The notes: a model not told the origin generated them from the sequence alone. A stretch of DNA of 64,000 nucleotides from Candidatus Bathyarchaeum tardum (GCA_024650005.2 CP122380.1:1504001-1568000), one strand, 5' to 3'. Counted from the first letter of the stretch, positions 41,080 through 51,326 are shown. Numbers and translations: made by a program.

Positions 41080-41546
41080 TTGTATCGGATGCAAGCCCCC
41101 TTATAGTCCTGCCCAAAACCAACAACCTTTCAATTTTAAAGAAACTATATGGTAAAATCGTCATTCCAAAAGCGGTAAAAAAAGAAATAACTGCAAAAGA
41201 AAACGAAAAGGCAATCTTCAACAAAATTGAATGGATTGAAGTCAGAACCATAAAAAATACTGGAGTGTTCGCCTTACTGGAGAAATTAGTAGATAAAGGA
41301 GAAGCCGAAGCAATTGTCCTTGCTCAAGAACTGAAAACTACTCTACTTGTAGATGATGCTAAAGCAAGAAAACACGCAAAACTGTTGAATATAAACATAA
41401 TTGGCACCTTGGGATTACTAAAGATGGCAAAAAACCGCGGCTTAATTTCTTCAGCAAAAGAAGTCATAACGGACATGCTATCAAAAGGTTACTTCATCGA
41501 AGATGAACTCATAAACCTCCTCCTAAAAGATCTTGGAGAGAGATAA
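41076..41546 (+). CDS. DUF3368 PIN-domain putative toxin
   Basis: IVSDASPLI, GEAEAIVLA, LVDD..AR, IGTLGLL. Confidence 0.9.
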   Translation: MIVSDASPLIVLPKTNNLSILKKLYGKIVIPKAVKKEITAKENEKAIFNKIEWIEVRTIKNTGVFALLEKLVDKGEAEAIVLAQELKTTLLVDDAKARKHAKLLNINIIGTLGLLKMAKNRGLISSAKEVITDMLSKGYFIEDELINLLLKDLGER

Positions 41547-41559
41547 TTTTAATCCAAAA

Positions 41560-41966
41560 GTAACCGAATCAAATTAATTACATTTTTTACAGGATTGTTT
41601 TCCAAAGAAAACATCTAGTTTAACTCCAAAATATGCATGGATCAATTTATCTCTCATTACTGACATCTCTTTCCAAGGCAAGTTGGAGTAATCTTTTCTT
41701 ACCTTATTTGGAACGTTTTTACTGCTTCACCAATAATTTCAAAATTTTTAACTACGGTATCAACGGTTTTTTATCATTAACAAACCCCTTATGTGTAATC
41801 TTTTATGCGATTAATGGCTTCAATCATATTTTCAAGGTAGACACGAAAATCTCTCACACGTATACAGCTTCACTTAAAATTCTCTCCTCTAAACGAGGCT
41901 TTAGAGCACCCTTCATAACCAGGTCAACTTTAACCTCTAAAAGATCATTAAATAATTCTCTATGTC
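41560..41966 (-). pseudogene. MntA-HepT (nucleotidyltransferase/DUF86) TA remnant
   Basis: LEVKVDLVMKGALKPRLEERILSEAVYV*, overlapping (GTGA) a frameshifted RDFRVYLE..NFEIIGEAVK..LPWKEMSVMRDKLIHAYFGV. Confidence 0.85.
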
Positions 41967-42161
41967 TCTTGCATCTTCAACGTAAGACAGTTTGCTACTA
42001 TCAGATATGAACAGGGTGAACGCATCTGAAAAATTTCACTTATTAGATTATTATGTGCATCAAGAAAGTGTAAATTGTTTAGTGTTTTGTTTTGTTTTCG
42101 GTTTTTGACCTTTTGTTTTAAATTTGTGTTTGTTGTTATGTTTTGGGCGGAGCTGTCAAAT

Positions 42162-43442
42162 TTGAAGCTGATTTACATTGTTATTGACGGAATGGGTGAC
42201 CTTCCTATAGCTGAACTTGGGGGTAAAACTACTTTGGAAGCTGCACAAACTCCTTTCATGGATTCCCTTGCGAAAAATGGGCAAACTGGTTTGATGTACA
42301 CAGTGGGAAAAGGCTTAGCGCCCGAAAGTGATGTTGCTGTTGTTTCTATTTTGGGTTATGATCCTTTCAAGTATCCTATGAGCCGAGGGGTTCTTGAAGC
42401 AGTTGGGTCTCAGATGAACATGGAAAATGGTGATTTGGCTCTTCGTTGTAATTTTGGTACGATAGCAGATGATAATAGTTCCATTGTTGACCGCAGGGCT
42501 GGTCGAGATTTAACTCAACAAGAAGCTGATGAGTTAGCTGAAGCATTAAATAACGAAGTAAAGCTAGAGTCACATCCTGCGAGTTTTGAAATTAAAAGCA
42601 CTGCGGTTCATCGGGCAACTTTGATTTTTAAACGCAAAGACGGAAAGCTTTCAGGGAACATCGATAATACTGACCCTGCCTACAAACGGGTTAACGGAGC
42701 CGGGGTAGCTGATTTAGATGCCAAAATGGTTTTGAAGTCATGTGTTCCTTTTGATGACACTGAGGAAGCAAAAGTTGCTGCAGATTTGGTTAATGAGTTT
42801 ACTCGCAAAGCAATTGTTGTTTTGAATAACCATGAAGTAAACAAAAAAAGGGTAAAGCAAGGAAAACTCAAAGCTAACGTTATCCTAGGCAGAAACGCTG
42901 GAAGCATTATTCCAGAATTTCCTGCCCTTTGTGATCGTTACGATTTGGGTTTTGTTTGCTTAGCAGACATGAACGTGGAGCGTGGAATCGCTGCCCTAGC
43001 AGGAATGGGTGTAGTTGATATTCCGTTGCCTTCTGATGATTTAGCAAGGGATTGCGAGTTCAGGTTGAAAAAACTTTTTGAAGTCTTGCCAGATTACGAC
43101 GTTTTTTACATTCACATCAAAGGTCCCGACGTGCCCGGTCATGACGGGGATTGTAAACAAAAAGCTGAATCGATTTCTATTATTGACGAGCATTTTATTG
43201 GGGGGTTGCTCAAAAAAATTGATTTAGACGAGTATGTCCTTTGCGTTACAGCTGATCATTCAACTCCCTGTGAATTAATGTCCCACAGTGACGATCCTGT
43301 GCCTGTTCTTGTTTCGGGAAACAACGTGAAAGCTGACAAGGTTCAACGGTTTTCTGAAACAGAATGCAAAAATGGAGAGCTAGGTGTCCTAACAAAAGGA
43401 ACCCAGTTGTTGCCTAAACTAATTGAATTCCTGAAAAACTAG
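42162..43442 (+). CDS. apgM: cofactor-independent phosphoglycerate mutase (archaeal type)
   Basis: IVIDGMGD, ESDVA, KGPDVPGHDG, TADHSTP, HSDDPVP; likely TTG start at 42162. Confidence 0.92.
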   Translation: MKLIYIVIDGMGDLPIAELGGKTTLEAAQTPFMDSLAKNGQTGLMYTVGKGLAPESDVAVVSILGYDPFKYPMSRGVLEAVGSQMNMENGDLALRCNFGTIADDNSSIVDRRAGRDLTQQEADELAEALNNEVKLESHPASFEIKSTAVHRATLIFKRKDGKLSGNIDNTDPAYKRVNGAGVADLDAKMVLKSCVPFDDTEEAKVAADLVNEFTRKAIVVLNNHEVNKKRVKQGKLKANVILGRNAGSIIPEFPALCDRYDLGFVCLADMNVERGIAALAGMGVVDIPLPSDDLARDCEFRLKKLFEVLPDYDVFYIHIKGPDVPGHDGDCKQKAESISIIDEHFIGGLLKKIDLDEYVLCVTADHSTPCELMSHSDDPVPVLVSGNNVKADKVQRFSETECKNGELGVLTKGTQLLPKLIEFLKN

Positions 43443-43556
43443 GAACAAAAGTCAAAATTGGATATAGTCCATGGAGATACTAACCTAATTTTAGGCTGTA
43501 ATCCAAGCACGGGTAGGGCATCTAAAAGAATAGATTCTTAAAGGTGAGGTGCAGTT

Positions 43557-43838
43557 TCACCCGAATTTCTTGAGCACTTGCCTTCCAAGGTCGGTTATTT
43601 CAACAGCGTAGAAATCATAAGGTCCAAATTTTTTTTCCGGATAAGGATTATCAATGAGCTTAGATTGTGACAGGTGCCGCACTGCGTCATTTAGACCTCT
43701 AGGCATCAAACTCGTCTTTTTATGTAACATGTCCACGGTCACAATTACACCTTTCTCAAATTCAGATAAAGCCGCAAGAACTTTTCTAGAATTTGAGTCA
43801 GTAATGTCCCAATCGTCTTGTACAAAATCTTCAACCAT
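43557..43838 (-). CDS. small winged-helix protein
   Basis: ends VEITDLGRQVL; wHTH-like size. Confidence 0.6.
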   Translation of the reverse strand: MVEDFVQDDWDITDSNSRKVLAALSEFEKGVIVTVDMLHKKTSLMPRGLNDAVRHLSQSKLIDNPYPEKKFGPYDFYAVEITDLGRQVLKKFG

Positions 43839-44129
43839 AAAAACCCCTACCTTAACTACTACAGTCTATGCATAAAAACCATTTGTGTATTAACATGGTT
43901 CCGATATTATATGTTGAAATGTCCCGCAGGCATGTTATCATTTCACGATAAAAAATATCGTAAGTTTGAGTATTAGAATAAAGTATTTGCATTCAATTCC
44001 TCACGTGTTAATTGATACAAATTGTGTTTGTTCCAGTTGGATTTGCATAACAATTTCCTTTGCTTTTTTCTTCACCCCTTTGTCAATGATTTTACTTCTT
44101 TGCTGTAATCTATCACATGTGGAATAACC

Positions 44130-44430
44130 TTGTCATCTCTTAGAACCCTAGCTTTTTGTTTGATGAGCTTGGCATATTTGGCGTCTAACTCCACAAGCCT
44201 ATTTTCGGTTTCTCGTCAATTCGCGTAATCAGCAAGCAAACTCTTGTATGTCTTAATTTCAGAAATCATTGATTGGAGACTTTGAACCTCAGCGATTTCT
44301 AGTCCAGGTTCATCAAGAGCCAGTATTATTTTGGCAAGGCTTTCAAAAATCTTCACACTGGACAGCCCAGGGGCATGTCATTTGTTGTTGTTGGGGGGTA
44401 GGGGGGGTCAACAACAACATTTGAGCAGCC
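44130..44430 (-). pseudogene. remnant of a helical hypothetical gene (probable mobile-element cargo)
   Basis: KSLAKIILALDEPGLEIAEVQSLQSMISEIKTYKSLLADYAN*RETENRLVELDAKYAKL with an internal stop. Confidence 0.45.
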
Positions 44431-44954
44431 TTCTCTGAAAGGTACGTTGGTCCAGATGATTGTGGGTTTTTGCATGTCTCCATTCCAGTAGGATAATCAG
44501 TATCAACACCAACTAGAATAGAGTGTTCCTTATTACAGGGAGTTCGATTTGATTGCATAATATTCAGTCAAAATTGCGTTAACATTCTCAAAATCTAAGA
44601 AAGGAAGCATTACATCCTTGACGTATGCCGCTTGTGCACTACGAACAGTTGGACCAAGAAAAATAGGATAAAGAAAAGCATTCCAAACATTAGCATCACT
44701 TTTCGCTAGCTCGTCCAAGTGCCATTTTTGAAGTACCAACGATGTGAAATCTGCAAAACCATCTGGTAACAAACAAATCCCCAGATTGTTATAACTTTCT
44801 TAAAATTAAACTTTTATTGATTGAAATAATTTCACAAGCCATAAATGTTTAAAGATAATGTAATAATCGAAAATATTTTTAATTTCAGATTTACAATCAA
44901 AAAAGTGGATTCGTGGGAGATTTCTCCAAATTTAGGAGCAATCCATGCCAGACC

Positions 44955-45330
44955 CCGACCCCTCCGAGATGGACGATGACCCTAGATATGATAAAGTTCT
45001 TTTTTTGAAGATTTTACTGCCATCGTCGTATTCGCCTGTGACAAATTTGAAGTCAAGTTCTATTAATTCAACTGCTTCTTTGGAGGTGTTAGCAATGTTT
45101 CGGATGAATCCTTCTTTTTGAGGATGTTCTAAAAATTGAATGTATTCTTTAAGTAGTCATTGGGTTTCTTTGTCCAAGCATATTTTGAACATAAATTGTG
45201 TCTTTGACGGAATTGGGGTTGTTTAGGGTTGCACCTTTTTTACGAAGAGTTTGAGCAGGTAAGTGTAAGTTTTTTTGTTGATTCAGCAGATCCGTTTCTT
45301 TTTAAATTCCAGAAATATTCTCATGTTTTC
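44955..45330 (-). pseudogene. internally deleted tyrosine recombinase/integrase
   Basis: N-part NGSAESTKKT..LFVKKGATLNNPNSVK joined directly to C-part DTIYVQNMLG...AVELIELDFKFVTGEYDDGSKIFKKR. Confidence 0.65.
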
Positions 45331-45425
45331 TGTAAAGTTCATTGTCGTCAATTGTGCTCTCCCCTGAGCTTTTCTAGTGACGTATAGCAAAAAATATGAA
45401 AGATTGAACATCTGAACTTGTTATA

Positions 45426-45599
45426 TCATTCTTTTTTTTCCATTAGGGCTATTATTATGGCTACGATTCCGATGATGATTTTTAAAATTGCGTGCCAATC
45501 TGGCTCGGTTGCCATGTCTGAAACTCCGGGTAATCCTGCAATTCCCATTATCGCCAGCAAAGCTCCTACAATAATTAAAGTAATTTTACAATATTGCAT
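45426..45599 (-). CDS. 57-aa two-TM membrane protein
   Basis: MQYCKITLIIVGALLAIMGIAGLPGVSDMATEPDWHAILKIIIGIVAIIIALMEKKE; GGAGGTGA RBS. Confidence 0.7.
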   Translation of the reverse strand: MQYCKITLIIVGALLAIMGIAGLPGVSDMATEPDWHAILKIIIGIVAIIIALMEKKE

Positions 45600-45746
45600 T
45601 ACTTCACCTCCTTAAAATTGTATATTATTTTTATTTCGGGTTATATGCTTTTAACATTTTTTATATATTTCATCATATTATCGTAAACTTTTTTTAGGCA
45701 AGTGACACTATTTAATTAGGGGATTTTTAGGGGGAGGTGGAATATT

Positions 45747-45845
45747 TTGAAATGTGGACTTTGTAAAAAGGAAGTCAAAAAACAGCCAATGATAACGGCT
45801 GACGGAAAATGCTCTGAATGTGGAGCTAAACTAAAAGCAGCATAA
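45747..45845 (+). CDS. 32-aa zinc-finger microprotein
   Basis: TTG start after GGAGGTGG; MKCGLCKKEVKKQPMITADGKCSECGAKLKAA has two CxxC motifs. Confidence 0.7.
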   Translation: MKCGLCKKEVKKQPMITADGKCSECGAKLKAA

Positions 45846-45868
45846 CAAAATAAAGCTACTAACTTTTT

Positions 45869-45900
45869 AGCCCCCATTGGGGGCAAATCATATTTTTTTA
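45869..45900 (+). terminator. hairpin plus T-tract terminator candidate
   Basis: GCCCCC-att-GGGGGC followed by a T run. Confidence 0.5.
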
Positions 45901-46016
45901 ATTAATTAATTTTTCATGCTTTTCTTAAGTTGTGTTTTTAAAAAAGTTAAAAATAGAAAAAGTGGATTTGTGGGAGATATCACAATATGGGTGACAATGC
46001 AAAGAAGACGGGCATA

Positions 46017-46622
46017 TTATCGTGCTCTAAATTTGACGCCGATTTTTTGTGCCAGTTCTTTGACCTTTGTCACTTCCAATTCAGGAACAGTTACAGCTGT
46101 TGCTTCAGTTTCCATGACGTGTTTAGCTTTTTTGATAAACTCCAGAACACTTTCATATGCGCCTTCTAACGCGGGTTTGCAGATTCGATTGTAAGTTTGT
46201 TCATCGGGAGCATTCAAACTAACATTAATTTTGTCTACCCCTGCAGCCTTTAATTCACCTACTACGTCTCTTCCTTTGTTTAACAAGTAGCCTTGACCAT
46301 TGGTGTTAACTCTAACTGTCATCGGTTGGTTCTTTTTTATCCACTTCGTTACTTCCAAAACAAGATCCAATCGTTCTAAAGGTTCACCAAACCCACAAAA
46401 GACTATTTCTTCCCAGTTTTTTGTAGGTAAAACTTTTTGCAATTCTTCAATAATTTCTTTTGCCGTTGGCTCTTTTTGTAATTTTAGTTTAAAGCCGTCA
46501 AGTCCGTCCTTAAATTTTCTTACACAGAAAATGCAGTTATTAGAGCATCTGTTAGTTACGTTCAAATATACCTTATTGCCAAGCCAATAAACGATGCTTG
46601 GTCTACCATCAGAACCAGTCAT
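46017..46622 (-). CDS. TatD-associated radical SAM protein
   Basis: YLNVTNRCSNNCIFCVR, VFCGFGEP, RVNTNG. Confidence 0.9.
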   Translation of the reverse strand: MTGSDGRPSIVYWLGNKVYLNVTNRCSNNCIFCVRKFKDGLDGFKLKLQKEPTAKEIIEELQKVLPTKNWEEIVFCGFGEPLERLDLVLEVTKWIKKNQPMTVRVNTNGQGYLLNKGRDVVGELKAAGVDKINVSLNAPDEQTYNRICKPALEGAYESVLEFIKKAKHVMETEATAVTVPELEVTKVKELAQKIGVKFRAR

Positions 46623-46945
46623 TTACTTAGTATATATTTTGGGGCTTCTTGAATTTTTTCATTTGTTAACTCTAGTCAGTTTTTAGACGGAAGCTATTTC
46701 AAAATAAACTTTAACGAAAACTCTTTGTTATGACTCGGGTCCAACAAAACTATATCCAAACAATCCTAAGAAAACTAAAACTATGATTGTTAACGATAAT
46801 TAATAATACTCAATTATGAAAACAATAAAGAATTTGTTTGGGATTAGAACATAATTTTAACCAGATAATGAAACAAATATTATATTCATAAAATAATCAA
46901 TCTAATCTGGGTTATTCGAAACAGGTTCTGGAGTCAAATAATCAA

Positions 46946-47497
46946 ATGGTTCAACTCGATCTGCCTTTATGGGGACAACCTCAAAGACGAAATCAATGTG
47001 TTCCAACATGTCTGAAGATGATTTTAGAATATCTTAGAAAAAAATACGGCGATTCAATTCCTAGGCTTTCGATAAAAAAAATTTGTAAAATTGTGGATAC
47101 ACAAATAGATGGCACAATTCCAAAAAATGTGGAAAGAATCAATTCGTATCTCTGTAATGGAAACCCAAATGTAGAATTTAAGTCATATATTTTGGGTGAT
47201 TTTAAGATAATAAAAAAGGAAATACTGGAAAATAACCTTCCAGTAATAGTTTGGATAAACTCCGCTGATCCCCCAGACAAAGTATGGCATACTGTTGTGG
47301 TGACTGGGTTCGACCCAGAAACAAATATCGTAACATATAACGACCCTTTAGATAGAAGTGAAAAACATGAAGAAGTAGGAGTTTTTAGCAGCAAATGGGG
47401 TTTTGAAAGCAGAATGGTTAAAGTAAAAGTTTTTAAAACAAAGCAAAGACAGATACCAGAGTGGACATCAAACAATAACGAAGGAGAGATTGATTAA
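46946..47497 (+). CDS. C39-like (papain-fold) cysteine peptidase
   Basis: Q...NQCVPTC, WHTVVVTG and YNDP give the catalytic C/H/D. Confidence 0.82.
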   Translation: MVQLDLPLWGQPQRRNQCVPTCLKMILEYLRKKYGDSIPRLSIKKICKIVDTQIDGTIPKNVERINSYLCNGNPNVEFKSYILGDFKIIKKEILENNLPVIVWINSADPPDKVWHTVVVTGFDPETNIVTYNDPLDRSEKHEEVGVFSSKWGFESRMVKVKVFKTKQRQIPEWTSNNNEGEID

Positions 47498-48447
47498 TGA
47501 GCATTACCCTTGAAAAAATTGCTCAAAGTCATGCCTTTTCTAATTATGGCGATTTAGTTTTAGTTGATGCTCCAGAATATGATAAAAAAGAAAATCTATA
47601 TGTTTCTAGATTGCGTTCTGACTATCCATTATTCATTCAAGATGACTTATTACCTGACAAAAAAACTATGCGTGTTCTTAAAATTGGAAAAATAGGAACC
47701 ATTTCAATAAATTCCGAAAAACAAATTGTTAAAGAAAAAACGTCGTCAAGAGATGAAATAATATCAAACTTGCATCAATTCTTCAAGCTATGGAGAGAAA
47801 GAGCAGAAAGAATAGTAATCGAGGCATCAGCTCAAAATCTTGTTAAGATTTCTGAATCATCCCACTTCTTTGATCCAATAATCTCGATTATTTTTTATCT
47901 ATGGGATGAACACAAAATATCAGATGAAGAAATTCTATTACAAAGGTCTCCCAATCGAAGAAAAAAAATTAAGCTATATTTGAAATTGCTTGAAGGATTA
48001 AAAATTGTTCGCAGAATTGAAAATGGATATTGTGAAGGAAATACATTTCTCTCATTACGAAAAGAAGTGAATAATGATGAAGAGTGTTTTAAAAATGTTG
48101 TTCTATCTCATATAATACAAGAGAGATATACAACTCTTAGGGATGTTTTCCAATTAACAATTTTAGAGCCAACTATCCATATCGATAATTCAATATATTT
48201 GCCAGAATTAGAAACTGAACAAACAGTTTATCGCAATATGAATTCAATTAGGCGAGACTATGAATATTATTATGGGCGTTCGATAAATCCGTTAGATTTG
48301 AAAATGATTTTAAAGAGACTAGTTAATGCAAACGCAATAAACCAAAAAGGAAAATATTATTCAGGAAATCAAAAACTTCTAAATGCAATGGTAAACATTA
48401 AGAAAAGTAATCCAGATTTGAGCCCAGAATTCTTAGTTCAGATATAA
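47497..48447 (+). CDS. hypothetical protein, possibly with wHTH segments, coupled to the peptidase
   Basis: 316-aa ORF with TAATG stop/start overlap. Confidence 0.7.
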   Translation: MSITLEKIAQSHAFSNYGDLVLVDAPEYDKKENLYVSRLRSDYPLFIQDDLLPDKKTMRVLKIGKIGTISINSEKQIVKEKTSSRDEIISNLHQFFKLWRERAERIVIEASAQNLVKISESSHFFDPIISIIFYLWDEHKISDEEILLQRSPNRRKKIKLYLKLLEGLKIVRRIENGYCEGNTFLSLRKEVNNDEECFKNVVLSHIIQERYTTLRDVFQLTILEPTIHIDNSIYLPELETEQTVYRNMNSIRRDYEYYYGRSINPLDLKMILKRLVNANAINQKGKYYSGNQKLLNAMVNIKKSNPDLSPEFLVQI

Positions 48448-48570
48448 TTTAAATGAAATAAAACGCATTAGTTTAACGTAATTGCGCACACGCTCTTAAA
48501 GGCAATGTTTGTTTATTTTTATAATGTATAATTGATCGTTTGTGTTTGCGTAAAGGGGGGTGAATATTTT

Positions 48571-49143
48571 TTGCCAAAATATGGAAAGCCGGTATGGCAG
48601 CATGTTTTTGAAGCAGCAAAAGAAATCAATGGAACTTTTACAGCTACGGATATTATCAGAAAAGTTCAGCAAAAAAATTCTAAAATTCCAGAGGTGACTA
48701 TACGTTCAATGGTCACAGCGATGGCTCCCAATCATCCTTTCAGTGGTCATTGGCCGTCTACAAGAAGACTTCACGGGGTTTTCAAGCACTTAGGTGAAGA
48801 TCGATTTTCCATGTTAGAAAAGGAAAACGAAGATAAATCAGAAGTAGAAAATGTTGATACAAAAGAAGTTACTGAACAAGATATGCAGGTGACAGTTTTG
48901 GGAGAATTAAAAGAGTTTACGGATAAAGAGCTTGAAGAATTCAATGGAAAAAACGGCAAGCCCACATACTTGGGTTATCAAGGAAAAGTCTATGACGTTT
49001 CCCAAAGTGGTCTCTGGGACGGCGGTGACCACATGGGCAGCCATCAAGCAGGAAAAGACATAACAGAAGAAGTAGACCTTGCTCCTCACGGGGAAGAAGT
49101 TCTCGAAAGAAAAAATGTAAAGCTCGTAGGAAAATTAGTATAG
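48571..49143 (+). CDS. wHTH-like domain fused to cytochrome b5-like heme/steroid-binding domain
   Basis: C-terminal FT..EL..FNGKNG..YQGKVYDVS..W.GG.H..H.AG.D....APHG; TTG start after GGGGGTGA. Confidence 0.8.
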   Translation: MPKYGKPVWQHVFEAAKEINGTFTATDIIRKVQQKNSKIPEVTIRSMVTAMAPNHPFSGHWPSTRRLHGVFKHLGEDRFSMLEKENEDKSEVENVDTKEVTEQDMQVTVLGELKEFTDKELEEFNGKNGKPTYLGYQGKVYDVSQSGLWDGGDHMGSHQAGKDITEEVDLAPHGEEVLERKNVKLVGKLV

Positions 49144-49427
49144 TCTTTAGTAAAATAATTCGCAGTATATCATATACTTGGATTTACTCATCTTGTTAAT
49201 CATTGGGCATAATTTTCTGGAGTCAAATTTCAATTCATTAAAGAAAAATAAATTCAGATGACCAAATTAAGTCCAGTTTATAGCTTAAACAGAATTAAAA
49301 AGAGGAATGATTAGTTTCGTCATAACTCTGTTTTTTATCATCCTATTTGAAAAAAAACATATATCCACATATATGTATAGGTAGATATCCTTATATAAGT
49401 TCAAAACCTATTAAAGGTTAGATAAAA

Positions 49428-49595
49428 ATGGGAAAATATAATATTTCAGTTAAAGATAGACTGGATCGAAGATTTAGAGAAGAGGTTTTTAAAAGAAAAG
49501 GAATGAAAAAGGGAAATCTTTCTGAAGCCATCGAAGAAGCCATGGTCATGTGGATCGGGGGAAAAAAAGAAAATGAAGAGCGAAGGGATCAATAA
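49428..49595 (+). CDS. 55-aa ribbon-helix-helix protein
   Basis: read by eye: MGKYNISVKDRLDRRFREEVFKRKGMKKGNLSEAIEEAMVMWI... Confidence 0.75.
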   Translation: MGKYNISVKDRLDRRFREEVFKRKGMKKGNLSEAIEEAMVMWIGGKKENEERRDQ

Positions 49596-49656
49596 TTATT
49601 ATTGATGCATAAAACATTTATAGGAAATGTTGTAATGTACAAAATTCCATCTAAAA

Positions 49657-49863
49657 ATGGAGGAGTCAATTTTGGGAAGAGAATTTGAGTATATAATGTC
49701 TATTAGTGAAAAGTTAACTGCAGGAAAATGGATAGCTGTAATCGACAAAGACATTATAGAAGGTGATTCAGCCAAAGACGTTGTTAACGAAGCTAAGGCT
49801 AAATATCCTAAAAAAGAACCCTTCATAATGAAAGTCCCAAACAACGCTGTAATGTTGCTTTAA
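49657..49863 (+). CDS. DUF5678-like small protein
   Basis: GKWIAVIDKDIIEGDSAKDV...AK.KYP...PFIMKVP. Confidence 0.8.
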   Translation: MEESILGREFEYIMSISEKLTAGKWIAVIDKDIIEGDSAKDVVNEAKAKYPKKEPFIMKVPNNAVMLL

Positions 49864-49864
49864 A

Positions 49865-50362
49865 ATGAGTGAAATCATCACAGGTCGCTGCAAAGGAGCT
49901 TTTAACTGCAAGTATCTAGCTTTCACTGATCCTAAACTTCAAAGAAAATTTCGCCTTCCTTTAGTTCACATTCGATTAAAAAACGGGAATATGAGTATTA
50001 GAACTGACGCCTTAGTGGATTCTGGTGCAACTGCAACTTTTATTCCAGTTGAACTTGCCGAGGTTTTAGATATTGATTTTCCAAAAGAAACTAGCGAAGC
50101 TGTAGGTGCAGGTGGTTCTTTTCCTACATTCAATTGCATAATTGATCGCATCGATATTTTGAAGGGAACACGAATATTTTGTTATCTAAAAAATTTTCCT
50201 GTAACAATTCCGACAAAAGAAGATATGATACCCCATACTATACTAGGCAGGGATTCAGTTTTTTGGGATAACGACATCACGTTTAGAGAACGAAAACAAA
50301 GAACAGTATTTCGAACGCCAAAAAAGAAAAGTAATAATTATAAAAAACTCTTTCTAAATTAG
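49865..50362 (+). CDS. retropepsin-like aspartic protease
   Basis: ALVDSGATATFIP and ILGRD motifs. Confidence 0.85.
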   Translation: MSEIITGRCKGAFNCKYLAFTDPKLQRKFRLPLVHIRLKNGNMSIRTDALVDSGATATFIPVELAEVLDIDFPKETSEAVGAGGSFPTFNCIIDRIDILKGTRIFCYLKNFPVTIPTKEDMIPHTILGRDSVFWDNDITFRERKQRTVFRTPKKKSNNYKKLFLN

Positions 50363-50561
50363 AGTGATTTCGGAAACTGGATGTTCTTTAATTCAAGTAA
50401 TTATGTTTAATGTTTATTAAAAAATACAAGAGTATTTTTTTAAATAATAAGAAAAAAATAATCTTCCATTTAACCATATCGATTATATCAGTTTACTGGA
50501 AAAATCAGACCAAAAATACTAAAGATTTAGTCAGATAGGTAAATTTTCAGTATAGTTCTGT

Positions 50562-50861
50562 TTAGTATCTTCGGTATCCTATGAACAGGCCAGCAACAAA
50601 GCTTGCTGCGAATGGGACACTAGTTATTGCTGCGATGATTCCCAGGGGGGCTAGTACGCCCATGAATTCTGTGAAACCTACGCTTATGGCGTCCAGGTTC
50701 AAGTCAAGGTTTCCTGTGCTCCAAAATACGATGATTACTATGGCGACAATTACAAGGGTTATAGTCATGCCCGAGATTCTTCGGAACATTTGGCCTGCAA
50801 AATATCCAGCTATTCCGCCTATGGCCAGCATTAATAGTATGGGGCTAATTAGGTCTTGCAT
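50562..50861 (-). CDS. FUN14 family membrane protein
   Basis: GGIAGYFAG...PFAASFVAGLFIG. Confidence 0.7.
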   Translation of the reverse strand: MQDLISPILLMLAIGGIAGYFAGQMFRRISGMTITLVIVAIVIIVFWSTGNLDLNLDAISVGFTEFMGVLAPLGIIAAITSVPFAASFVAGLFIGYRRY

Positions 50862-51326
50862 TTTTTGTTTCCACCTTTTTTGCAGATAAGTTGTTTTTCA
50901 ACCGTTCAGGGTTGTAAACCGTGTTTTATCTGCTTCTGATTGGTTGTATTGATTTTTTGTATATATAGTAATTATGAATTCAGGGTACATATGCGGATTT
51001 CATAATTGCTTTTTATTAAAACAAAGGAAGGGAAGTTTGGAGTTCAAAATGAACGCGAAACTTCGTGAAATTCAGAAAAAACTTGCGAATCTTGAAAAAG
51101 AAGCAAAGGACATAAAGCGGCTTCGGTCAGACGTTCACTATGTCAAACAATTCAGCCGAATGATTGTTAAACATCAAGTAGACTAAATTAGGTCTGCTTT
51201 AATCTTTGGATGTTTTTTGTTTTCTGCAAAGGCAGGTTCATCCAATTTCTTAATTTGTTTTATGTTTTGTTTTTGTAGTTTGTTTTGTGGGCAACCTTTT
51301 ATTCAAGAACAGGATTTACGTTTATT

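Larger units (their letters stand above)
44900..45978. repeat. 22-bp direct repeat with 1 mismatch, possible att-like site
   Basis: aaaaagtggattYgtgggagat at 44900-44921 and 45957-45978. Confidence 0.6.

Noticed and set aside
41633-42010. 125-aa plus-strand ORF
   Set aside because: antisense shadow of the MntA-HepT pseudogene
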